Positions 9,624 to 18,034 of a DNA stretch of 64,000 bases are shown one piece after another; the stretch's first letter is position 1; the number at the start of each line of letters is the position of its first letter. Location of the stretch: IMG/VR virus record IMGVR_UViG_3300045988_004573, positions 33,869 through 97,868 of that record; one strand, written 5' to 3'. A program made the position numbers and the translations under genes. The notes under the pieces are model-generated. The model ran no database searches and was not told where the DNA came from. It saw nothing but the letters and a program-made list of their open reading frames with translations. The DNA comes from a virus.

Positions 9624-10087
9624 AGATAAAAGTAAAAGAAATAACTGAGGGGTGCTTCCCTGTAAGGTCTAATGGTTCAGCATCAGATTGCTATGACCTG
9701 TTCCTTGCAGAGGATGTAACACTCAAGAAAGGTGAAATATATGTAGCCAAGCTGGGAGTAGCTATGGAGATGCCTAAGGGTATCATAGCTAGAGTATATA
9801 GCAGAAGCAGCTCTCCCAGTAAGTTAGGTATAGGAGTAGCCAATGGGTTAGGATTCATTGATACTGTCTATTGTGGAGACAATGACGAGTGGAAATGTCC
9901 TATCATAGCATATAAGGCTGTAACTATACCCAAAGGCACAAGAGTATGCCAGTTTGAGGTAGCTCCCTCACAGTTTGCCAAATGGCATCAGAAACTGAGA
10001 TGGCTATTAACTACTCCTCTTCTGGAGCAGGTTGACCACCTTGGTAATGTAGATAGAGGGGGTATTGGGACTACTGGTACTAATTAA
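9620..10087 (+). CDS. dut: dUTP diphosphatase (trimeric dUTPase)
   Basis: SASDCYDL, YSRSSSPSKLGI, GFIDTVYCGD, RVCQFEV and C-terminal RGGIGTTG correspond to dUTPase motifs I-V. ATG 9620 (ATGA overlap) preferred over TTG 9614. Confidence 0.85.
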   Translation: MKIKVKEITEGCFPVRSNGSASDCYDLFLAEDVTLKKGEIYVAKLGVAMEMPKGIIARVYSRSSSPSKLGIGVANGLGFIDTVYCGDNDEWKCPIIAYKAVTIPKGTRVCQFEVAPSQFAKWHQKLRWLLTTPLLEQVDHLGNVDRGGIGTTGTN

Positions 10088-10101
10088 AACAAGTATGGAA
10101 C

Positions 10102-10602
10102 ATGGAATTTGTATTGAAAATAGTGTTTGTGTTGCTACTAGTAGGCATTGCTGCCATAGTAGCACATTTCGTTGATTTGGCTAGGAAGAAGATTTCCTAT
10201 GATAGGATGTCATTCAGAGAGACTATGGACTTATGTGAGCTTCCCATAGTAACATTTATGAATAATGGAAAGAAATTGAATTTCCTCTTGGACACTGGTG
10301 CAAGTAAATCTGTTATTCATAGTGGGGCTTTGGATGGGCTTACTTATAAGAGCCTCAATAAGTCTGGTGATGTATATGGTATAGATGGGAAAAGGCAAGA
10401 TGCCTCATTTATCAGTATGTCTATAGGATATAGAGGTAAGGATTATAGTGAGGAGTTCCAATCTATTGATATGAGCATCCCATTCAGTAATCTAAAGTCT
10501 GACTTTGGTGTTAATCTGCATGGCATTCTGTCAAGTACTTTCTTTCAGAAGTATAGGTATGTACTGAACTTTGATGAACTGGTAGCTTATTCTATGGTAT
10601 GA
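10102..10602 (+). CDS. membrane-anchored retropepsin-like aspartic protease
   Basis: N-terminal hydrophobic helix (IVFVLLLVGIAAIVAHFV), catalytic FLLDTGASKSVIH, and a late GILSSTFFQKY resembling the retropepsin GILG.DFL element. Confidence 0.6.
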   Translation: MEFVLKIVFVLLLVGIAAIVAHFVDLARKKISYDRMSFRETMDLCELPIVTFMNNGKKLNFLLDTGASKSVIHSGALDGLTYKSLNKSGDVYGIDGKRQDASFISMSIGYRGKDYSEEFQSIDMSIPFSNLKSDFGVNLHGILSSTFFQKYRYVLNFDELVAYSMV

Positions 10603-10868
10603 AAGACTTGATTAAACTTAAGTCAAGAGGCTATGAGGAGAACTACTTGAAGAAGCTAAAGAAACCTGATGGTTCAGAGTCAAAGACTTATGTACTCAAG
10701 GTATCTACTCCCTATCTTAGATGTGGGGAAGTGGAAGGAGGCAGAAAGTTCATTGACCTATCAGGGGGTCCTATGATTGTAGTAGGTGCTTATCTTGAGG
10801 AAGCTGAGGCAGTAGTCAAATCAATAGACTTCACTGTAGGTTATGGCTACACTATAACATTTGAGTAA
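10599..10868 (+). CDS. hypothetical protein
   Basis: 89-aa ORF coupled at both ends (ATGA and TAATG overlaps). Confidence 0.45.
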   Translation: MKDLIKLKSRGYEENYLKKLKKPDGSESKTYVLKVSTPYLRCGEVEGGRKFIDLSGGPMIVVGAYLEEAEAVVKSIDFTVGYGYTITFE

Positions 10869-12989
10869 TGGATGAGTGGTTTGAAGAAGGAAAGCATGAA
10901 GCTATCAAGTACTATGGTGAGCAGATATACTATGTGTCTGGAGTTGCAAACTTATTTAGTGATGCAGAGATAGGATGTCCTTATAAGAATATATCAGTAA
11001 GGGAATCACTGGAGCTTCTCAGTACACTAAAGGTTGTAGGATTGGATAGTGAGACTAGAGGTACAGAGATATGGCAAGGTCAGCTGCTGTTACTTCAATT
11101 AGGTAACAAGCACTTTCAAGTAGTCATTGACTGTACCACTGTAGATGTCAAGCTATACAAGGAGTTCCTTGAGAGTGATAGGCTTTTCATAATTCATAAT
11201 GCCAAGTTTGACCTAAGATGGTTATATAAGGAGGGTATTGTAATCAGAAATGTATTTGATACTTTCCTTGCAGAGAAGATACTGTTCCTGGGATTTCCAC
11301 CAGGAATAGTGTCACTCAGCTTGCAGGCTTGTTGTGACAGGTATCTTAATGTCTACCTTGACAAGACAGTCAGAGGTAAGATTAACTATGGTGTCACTGA
11401 TGAGGTAATAATCTATTCAGCCAATGATGTTGTGTTCCTTGAAGATGTCATGGAAGCACAGTTAAAGCAGATAGAGGCTAGAGGTCAGAGAGTCGCCTTA
11501 GAGATAGAGAACAGGTTTGTGAGAGTATTGGCTTATATTGAGTTCTGTGGTATAAGGCTTGACATTGAAAGGTGGAAAGCCAAGATGGTTAAGGATGCTG
11601 AAAGGCTGAGAGTAGCAGAGCAGAAACTCAATGATTGGGTTGTAGAGTATGTGATGTCCAAAGGAGACACAGATGCTATAGCCTATGATGTTCAGACTAA
11701 GAGAGGAAAGGTAAAGAGAGCTAAGGGTACTATAGGTAAGTATGTAGCTATAGACCCACAGCAGAACCTCTTTGAGGAGAACAAGCCAAGATGTATCATC
11801 AACTGGAACAGTAACAAGCAGGTTATACCATTGTTTGAGGAGTTAGGGTTCAATGTATGGGCTAAAGACAAGAAGACTGGAAAGATGAAGAAGTCAGTAG
11901 ACTCAAAGCTGCTTAAACAGCAGTTGGATAAGAGTCCTCTGGCTAAGTTATATCTTGATTACTCTGGTGAGTTCAAGGTAGTTACTTCATTTGGTCAGAA
12001 CTTCTTGGATGCAGTCAATCCTGTTACAGGGAGAATACACCCTACATTCAATCAGATGATGGACACTGGCAGGTTGAGTTGTGGTAAAGGAGGAAAGAAA
12101 GGTGGAGGTAAGACTAAGGATGATGACTTTGCTGAGGAAGAGCAGACTGAGCAGGATGCTGATGTTATCATAGCAGTAGATAAGAGTGTGAATGTTCAGC
12201 AGTTGCCATCTGATGCAGAGACTAGAGCTTGCTTCATACCTGATAAAGACCACATGCTAGTTGATTGTGATTATGGAGACCAAGAAGGTCATGTCTTTAC
12301 TGAGTTAAGTCAGGATAAGGCATGGATTGATTTCTATAATGACCCCAATGAGAGAGATGGTCACTCCTTTGTAGCCAAGATGATATTCTCTGATGAGCTA
12401 AAGGATATACCAGAGAAGGAAGTAAAGAAGAAGAGGAAAGACTTGAGGGATGCTGCAAAGCCAGCAAGGTTTACCTTTAATTATAATGGGACAGCCAATG
12501 CCTTAGCAGCTAACACAGGTAAGTCTCTTGAGTTCTGTGAGTTGTGCTTTAAGAAGTACTTCTCAGCATTCAAAGGTATAGCCAGCTACTTTAGAGTGAG
12601 TAAGGCTAATATGTGGAAAAGAGGTTATATCCTAATCTCAAAGTACACTGGACTGAGGGCTTACATCTATGACTATCCTATACTGAAAGGCATAGAGAGA
12701 AGAATCAAGAGAATGGGTCAGGAGTTCTGGGATTCCTATAGGAAAGCCAGAGACTCTGGTCAAGTCATTGATGATGTCCCTGCTGTGGTTCTTCAACAGA
12801 TGGCAAGGAAGTTTGCCAATGGAGAACCTATGGAGGCTATTGCTATAAGGTATGAGTATAAGGTCAAGAAGGGTAAGAAGATTGAGACAAAGTATATTGA
12901 TATTAACAGGGAAACTGTATTGATTAAACTCTGGAAGCATCTGGCAAAGAGAAGGTCATCATCTGAGAACCAGTCCTGTAACTATCCCT
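10868..12989 (+). CDS. family A DNA polymerase with 3'-5' exonuclease, exon 1
   Basis: Exo motifs VGLDSET, IIHNAKFDLRWL and YSANDVVFL. Pol motif A VDCDYGDQEGHVF and motif B RDAAKPARFTFNYNG. Conservation stops right after NYP of the N-x-P-x-QGTAAD motif. The exon end is inferred. Confidence 0.85.
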
Positions 12990-13046
12990 TAATTGTGGGG
13001 GCATATAGTGGTGACATTATATGAAAACTCAGTGAATTGCTGGAAG

Positions 13047-13066
13047 GCTAAGGAGAAATCTATGCT
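13047..13066 (+). repeat. 20-bp perfect direct repeat, copy 1 (gctaaggagaaatctatgct)
   Basis: Identical to 13124..13143. Lies between intron elements P and Q (P5 region). Confidence 0.9.
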
Positions 13067-13123
13067 AATCAGCAGCCAAGACTTGTAGAAATGCAAGTAA
13101 GGTTCAGAGACTAATCAAAGTAA

Positions 13124-13143
13124 GCTAAGGAGAAATCTATGCT
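13124..13143 (+). repeat. 20-bp perfect direct repeat, copy 2
   Basis: Identical to 13047..13066. Lies just 3' of element R (P3'/P8 region). Confidence 0.9.
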
Positions 13144-13190
13144 GAAATGGGCAAGAGTGCTGAGTATCTCTTAATTATTTATTTACCCTA

Positions 13191-13221
13191 TTGGATAATT
13201 AAGAAATAATTTGTATCTTTG
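13191..13221 (+). promoter_or_regulatory. Bacteroides-type promoter TTG-N20-TATCTTTG inside the intron
   Basis: TTG 13191..13193, a 20-nt spacer, TAnnTTTG 13214..13221. The HNH ATG is 25 nt downstream. Confidence 0.55.
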
Positions 13222-13246
13222 TACTATAAATTAAAGATAACAAATT

Positions 13247-13822
13247 ATGAAGAGATGTTCAAGTTGTGGTAAGTTAAAGGATGAATCAGAGTTTTATCAT
13301 TATAAGTCATCAAAGGATGGCTTGACTCACCAGTGTAAGCAATGTATGTCTGAATATAGGGCTTCTAAAAGAGAGCATTATAAAGAGTATATGGCTTATA
13401 GGAGAGAGGTGGATAATGAAACTATAAAAGCTAATAGGAGAAAGCATTATAGGAATCATCCTGAGAGTAGAATGTTAATGGCAGCCAAGCAAAGAGCTAA
13501 GAATCAAGGATTAGAATTTAACTTGACTATAGATGATATAGTCATCCCTGATAAATGCCCTTTGTTAGAAGTTCCTTTTGTTGCTGGAGAAAAAGGTAAT
13601 TATGAATATACACCCTCCCTTGATAGAATAGACCCTACTAAGGGATATATTAAAGGGAATGTATGGGTAATTACTAAAAGAGCAAATACAATGAAGAATA
13701 ATGCAACAAGGGAGGAATTATTAAAGTTTGCTGATAACATCTATAAATATTTTGGAGATAATGATATAGTCCAACCTATTGAGAAATCAATAGAACTACA
13801 GGATAAAGAGCCTGTAGGGTAA
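13247..13822 (+). CDS. intron-encoded HNH endonuclease
   Basis: N-terminal Cys pairs (CSSCGK..CKQC). C-terminal CPLLEVPF..SLDRIDPTKGYIKGNVWVITKRANTMKNN. Paralog of ORF 18702..19247. Its 3' end overlaps intron element S and the P9 hairpins. Confidence 0.8.
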   Translation: MKRCSSCGKLKDESEFYHYKSSKDGLTHQCKQCMSEYRASKREHYKEYMAYRREVDNETIKANRRKHYRNHPESRMLMAAKQRAKNQGLEFNLTIDDIVIPDKCPLLEVPFVAGEKGNYEYTPSLDRIDPTKGYIKGNVWVITKRANTMKNNATREELLKFADNIYKYFGDNDIVQPIEKSIELQDKEPVG

Positions 13823-13831
13823 TAAATATTG

Positions 13832-14085
13832 CACAAGGTACAGCAGCAGCTATGACTAAGATTGCTGGTATAATGTACTTTGACTACTTGGTAGAGTCAG
13901 GACTTATATTCAAGGTATTGATACCTAATGATGTCCATGATGAGTATCTGATAGAACCACCTACTGATATAGCTGAACAGGAAGCTAGGAAACTTAGTGA
14001 ATGTATGGAAGCATCAGCAGCTATGTTCTGTCAGTCAGTCAAGATTAAGGCAGTTCCTGAAATTGCAGACCATTGGGTGCATTAA
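13832..14085 (+). CDS. family A DNA polymerase, exon 2
   Basis: Reads QGTAAAMTK.. and contains motif C (VHDEYL). Joining 12989 to 13832 gives NYP-S-QGTAAA in frame (2376 nt, 791 codons plus stop). Confidence 0.8.
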
Positions 14086-14088
14086 ACT

Positions 14089-14418
14089 ATGGAAGCTTGG
14101 AGAATAGCTATTCCTATAGCAGTATTCATATTATGTACTATAGGTGCATGGTATGCAATAAAGCTAAGGTGGAAAGAGCTGAGAGACAGAATGTATGTAT
14201 ATCCTAAGAATGGTCATCAATATATGCCACTTTATAGATGCAGGATGAAATGTCCTGCATCTGGTGAGTGGTTTGATGCACTAATCTATCAGGATTGCAA
14301 GACTGAGAACCTGTATGTTAGGGATAGGAAGGACTTCCTTGACAAGTTTGTTAAACTAACTGAATGGGAAAATGACAAGGGAAGAGGCAGTAATGGGCTT
14401 GATACTCATAGTGATTAG
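14089..14418 (+). CDS. hypothetical protein with an N-terminal TM helix
   Basis: IAIPIAVFILCTIGAWYAI hydrophobic segment. No other motif. Confidence 0.5.
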   Translation: MEAWRIAIPIAVFILCTIGAWYAIKLRWKELRDRMYVYPKNGHQYMPLYRCRMKCPASGEWFDALIYQDCKTENLYVRDRKDFLDKFVKLTEWENDKGRGSNGLDTHSD

Positions 14419-14474
14419 TACATTATATGGAGTGGCAAGCTATTACTATAGTAAACAGTTAAATAAGTATAAGA

Positions 14475-14900
14475 ATGGAAACAACAGTAAACAAGGAGTA
14501 TCAGAAACTGATTGATATTGTCAAGTCAGTGAGGGATATGGCTAGCCTTAGTCCTGAAATGTGTACTAGGCTCAAGACAGTAGAGCAGGGTCTTATGAAC
14601 TTAGGCTCAAGACCTATGCTATCTGATAATGTGCAGTCCTTTATGGACATAGCCACTAATATGGCTAAGACTTATGCAGCTAAGAACCATGACTATGGTA
14701 ACTCATTTGAGCAGTCCTGCAATAAGTTTGGCATCATAGCATCAGTGGTAAGACTAGGAGACAAGATGAATAGGATTGAGTCTTTAGCTGTCAAGAAAGC
14801 TGAGGTTAAAGATGAGTCTATCAAAGATACTCTTCTGGACCTTGCTAACTATGCTATTATGACTGTAATGTGGTTAAATCAGCAACCTAAAGAGGAATAA
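14475..14900 (+). CDS. all-alpha NTP-pyrophosphohydrolase-like protein (MazG/DUF1599-like), tentative
   Basis: KNHDYGNSFEQS and RLGDKMNRIESL resemble the helices of MazG-like/DUF1599 proteins. Recognised from memory only. Confidence 0.4.
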   Translation: METTVNKEYQKLIDIVKSVRDMASLSPEMCTRLKTVEQGLMNLGSRPMLSDNVQSFMDIATNMAKTYAAKNHDYGNSFEQSCNKFGIIASVVRLGDKMNRIESLAVKKAEVKDESIKDTLLDLANYAIMTVMWLNQQPKEE

Positions 14901-14902
14901 GC

Positions 14903-15328
14903 ATGGTAATAGCAGTAGACTTTGATGGAACTTGTGTAACACATGAGTTCCCCAATGTGGGTAAAGATATAGGTGCAGTACCTGTATTGAAGAGACTTGT
15001 AGAGAAGGGTCATCATATCATCCTCCATACTATGAGAAGTCATAGCAATGGGGAGATTGGCAACTTTGACAAGAATGGCAATCCTATTGAGAGAGATACT
15101 TTACAGGATGCTATTGACTGGTTCAAGAAGAATGATATTCCTTTGCTTGGAGTCAATGAGAACCCTACTCAGAAGAGATGGACTTCCTCACCCAAGATAT
15201 TTGCTCATCTGTATATAGATGATGCAGCTCTTGGAGTACCACTTAAGAGAGACCCTCAGCTAAGTGACAGGCTCTATGTGGATTGGGAGAAAGTGTTGAA
15301 CTGGTTAGTAATAAGCGGAATGTTATGA
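14903..15328 (+). CDS. HAD-superfamily phosphatase-like protein
   Basis: Motif I DxDxT (IAVDFDGTCV), HTMRS, and a late YIDD. Confidence 0.6.
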   Translation: MVIAVDFDGTCVTHEFPNVGKDIGAVPVLKRLVEKGHHIILHTMRSHSNGEIGNFDKNGNPIERDTLQDAIDWFKKNDIPLLGVNENPTQKRWTSSPKIFAHLYIDDAALGVPLKRDPQLSDRLYVDWEKVLNWLVISGML

Positions 15329-15636
15329 CACAGAGAGGAATTTATGCAGCACCTTGTCAGACTGCCCCTAACAGAGATAGGGTAGATACAAGTGTAGTTG
15401 CTTGTAAAGAGATGAGACTCTGGATTGTAGAGTTCAGTATTAAGGATATAGGTAATGGATGTGCAGTTGTAAAGGCTGATAATCCTAAGCAAGCTGAGGT
15501 ACTATTGAAGACTCAAGGTACATTCAATGGCTTGCCCCACCTGTATAGTATCACTCGTATAGAGGAGATTATACCTTCACCTGACTCTATGTTAATCTGT
15601 GAGCAGTTAGCAACCAATGTAAAAGATTTGAATTGA
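15325..15636 (+). CDS. hypothetical protein
   Basis: ATG 15325 gives an ATGA overlap with the upstream stop. The track start 15283 is a TTG. Confidence 0.4.
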   Translation: MTQRGIYAAPCQTAPNRDRVDTSVVACKEMRLWIVEFSIKDIGNGCAVVKADNPKQAEVLLKTQGTFNGLPHLYSITRIEEIIPSPDSMLICEQLATNVKDLN

Positions 15637-15637
15637 C

Positions 15638-16177
15638 ATGAACAAGAAGTTAAGATTACTCTTAACTACTAGGTGTCCTAATAAATGTCCCATGTGTTGT
15701 AATAACTCATGGGACTTTTCACGACTGCCAGTAGTTGAGAGATGGGACTATGAGCAGATAATGTTCACTGGAGGTGAGCCTCTGCTCTATCTTGATAAGC
15801 TATGTGGATTAGCAGACTCAATAAGAGCTATCACTTCTGCTATGGGTACAGAACCAAAGCTCTATGTATATACAGCTTTGTGTGACTGGATGAAACTCAA
15901 CAGGGTGATTGACCATGTAGATGGTATAGTACTCACTCCTCATAGTAAAGAGAGTGCAGAAGCATTCAAGAAGTTCAATGACTTGGTTAATGCCAGCACC
16001 ATCCTAATCAATAATCCATTGGAGAGTAAATCACTCAGGCTTAACTTGTTTCCTGATATTAAGGAGTATCTTAAAGATGAAGACCTCTCAGGATGGCAAG
16101 TGAAGGATATGCAGTGGATTAAAGACTGCCCAGTGCCTGAGGGAGAGGACTTTAGGAGGGTTGCATTACTTTGGTAG
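15638..16177 (+). CDS. small radical-SAM protein (NrdG/QueE-like size class)
   Basis: CPNKCPMC (CxxxCxxC) at residues 13-20 and FTGGEPLL (SAM-binding GGE motif). Confidence 0.65.
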   Translation: MNKKLRLLLTTRCPNKCPMCCNNSWDFSRLPVVERWDYEQIMFTGGEPLLYLDKLCGLADSIRAITSAMGTEPKLYVYTALCDWMKLNRVIDHVDGIVLTPHSKESAEAFKKFNDLVNASTILINNPLESKSLRLNLFPDIKEYLKDEDLSGWQVKDMQWIKDCPVPEGEDFRRVALLW

Positions 16178-16179
16178 GT

Positions 16180-16620
16180 ATGAGGCAATATACACAGAGA
16201 GAGTTTATCAAGATATGTATAGCTAATGGTTTCTATTATAGTAGACATAATGGAGACCATGCTATATATGTCAATGATAAAGGAAGGCATATCAGCATCC
16301 CATTAAAACTTGAAAGTGTTATTGCAAGAAGATTAATCAAAGAGAATAATTTAGAGATAGATATTAAGAAACTTAAAAAGGAAAAGAGGATGAATAATGT
16401 ACCATTAGGGGCTAATGAAGACCCCAGAGCACCTTGGAATGCACCTCTTGATGTAAAATATAAGAGGTTTGTGAGTGTAACCATATCATATTATGATGAG
16501 GTTGAATTACCTCCAGATGCAGAGGAGGAACAGATTAATGAAGCCTTTCATAAAAAGGTAGAAGATGCTGAGTTTCCTAAAGAGTTTGATATTGATGAAG
16601 TTGTAGTAATAGATGATTAA
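16180..16620 (+). CDS. HicA-like domain protein with an acidic C-terminal extension
   Basis: The N-terminal ~58 aa (REFIKICIANGFYYSRHNGDHAIYVNDKGRHISIPLK..IARRLIKENNL) follow the HicA pattern (G-[SD]-H, ..ipl..). About 85 aa of extra C-terminus follow. ATG 16180. Confidence 0.55.
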   Translation: MRQYTQREFIKICIANGFYYSRHNGDHAIYVNDKGRHISIPLKLESVIARRLIKENNLEIDIKKLKKEKRMNNVPLGANEDPRAPWNAPLDVKYKRFVSVTISYYDEVELPPDAEEEQINEAFHKKVEDAEFPKEFDIDEVVVIDD

Positions 16621-16623
16621 AAT

Positions 16624-17847
16624 ATGAGATTAATTAAACCAAGTTTTTCTATTTGGGACCAACAAGAAGGTCTTGAAGGAATTTACAAACAGATTGAGAG
16701 AGCAGGAAGAGTATGTTATAAATCTGAGGATAAGATAACAGAAGATTCTGCTAAGGACTTTGTAGATAGAATGATTAAATTGGGACATGGTGCTATGTTA
16801 GAGCATGGCACTATATACCTCATAATTGATTGCTCTGGAAGACTGCTCGATGTTGCAAATAAATATGTCAATAACAAGTATTCCGAATGGACTTTACATC
16901 CTGACGGAGTACATTACTGCATTACGACTAACTATAGAGTACTACTTCAGAATGGTTGGCTTGATGATTTGCAATATTTATGTGAACCTACAGAATATCA
17001 TGAAAAGAGAGTTACTATACACTTTGTATGTGATAGAGGAGTATCCCATGAGTTTGTAAGGCATAGAGTAATGTCTTTTGCTCAAGAGAGTACAAGGTAT
17101 TGTAACTACTCCAAGGATAAGTTTGGTAATGAACTTACCTTTATTATTCCTTGTTGGACTAATTTACCTGAACAAGAATATGGTGATAGAGTTAATCCCA
17201 AAGTATTTAATAGAGGAAATACTAATGGTGTAGAAACAAGTTATGTAGATTCTTTAAGACAGACTGAATATAACTACTTTAACTTACTAAATCAAGGATG
17301 GAAGCCTCAACAAGCTAGAGCAGTATTACCTAATGCCTTAAAGACAGAGTTAGTAATGACTGGCTTTGTTGATGACTGGTGGGGTGAATATCTTGTTATT
17401 GATAAGGCTACAGGTCTTATTGACCAGAGAATACATGGCAAGTTCTATGATGAGCTTAACAATATTGATAGGGATAAGTATAGGGTAGTTGAGAAAGGCT
17501 TCTTCCCTCTTAGGTGTTCTAGTGGAGCACATCCTCAAGCACAGGAGCTTGCAATACCATTGAGACAGGAATTTATTAACAAAAAAAGATTTGGTAATAT
17601 GGGAATATTTGGAACTAAAGTAACAACAGAAACAGTAGCAAAGCCTACTTTTGCTGAGCAGAAGGCTGCTATTAAGTCAGCCTTCAAGACTGCACATGAG
17701 AATGCAAATAATCTTCACTCCCAAATGGAGGAGGAAATTAAGAGTAAGGAAGCTCAGATAGCTACACTTCAGAGTGATATTGAAACTATCAATGTAACTA
17801 AGAAGGAAGCTGAAACTTTCATGGAGAACATCTCTAAACTCATTTAA
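16624..17847 (+). CDS. thyX: flavin-dependent thymidylate synthase
   Basis: ThyX signature RHRVMSFAQESTRY. C-terminal coiled-coil-like extension. Confidence 0.9.
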   Translation: MRLIKPSFSIWDQQEGLEGIYKQIERAGRVCYKSEDKITEDSAKDFVDRMIKLGHGAMLEHGTIYLIIDCSGRLLDVANKYVNNKYSEWTLHPDGVHYCITTNYRVLLQNGWLDDLQYLCEPTEYHEKRVTIHFVCDRGVSHEFVRHRVMSFAQESTRYCNYSKDKFGNELTFIIPCWTNLPEQEYGDRVNPKVFNRGNTNGVETSYVDSLRQTEYNYFNLLNQGWKPQQARAVLPNALKTELVMTGFVDDWWGEYLVIDKATGLIDQRIHGKFYDELNNIDRDKYRVVEKGFFPLRCSSGAHPQAQELAIPLRQEFINKKRFGNMGIFGTKVTTETVAKPTFAEQKAAIKSAFKTAHENANNLHSQMEEEIKSKEAQIATLQSDIETINVTKKEAETFMENISKLI

Positions 17848-17848
17848 T

Positions 17849-18034
17849 ATGGATGAAGTCATAGATGAAACAAACTTACACTTAGAAGTCCAAAAGAGAT
17901 GCCACAGAGTTCCTTTATATGATACTATTGAGGAACTAAAAAACCCAACTGGAATACTTGCTGAGGAATATTCAAGAATTATGAAACAATTAAAAGAGAA
18001 TAAACAATATGAAAACAGGAATTGCAGTAAATGA
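17849..18034 (+). CDS. hypothetical small protein
   Basis: 61-aa ORF that overlaps the next gene. Confidence 0.35.
   Translation: MDEVIDETNLHLEVQKRCHRVPLYDTIEELKNPTGILAEEYSRIMKQLKENKQYENRNCSK

Larger units (their letters stand above)
12990..13831 (+). mobile_element. group I self-splicing intron with an HNH ORF, interrupting the PolA gene
   Basis: Classical core elements are present: P aattgctggaagg 13035..13047, Q aatcagcagcc 13067..13077, R ggttcagagactaa 13101..13114, S atgatatagtcc 13761..13772. 3' hairpins are ctattga-GAAA-tcaatag 13776..13793 and ctacagg..cctgtag 13796..13817. ggggg at 13999 is not used; the candidate guide is ggggg near 12998. Boundaries inferred (U12989, G13831). 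Confidence 0.8.
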
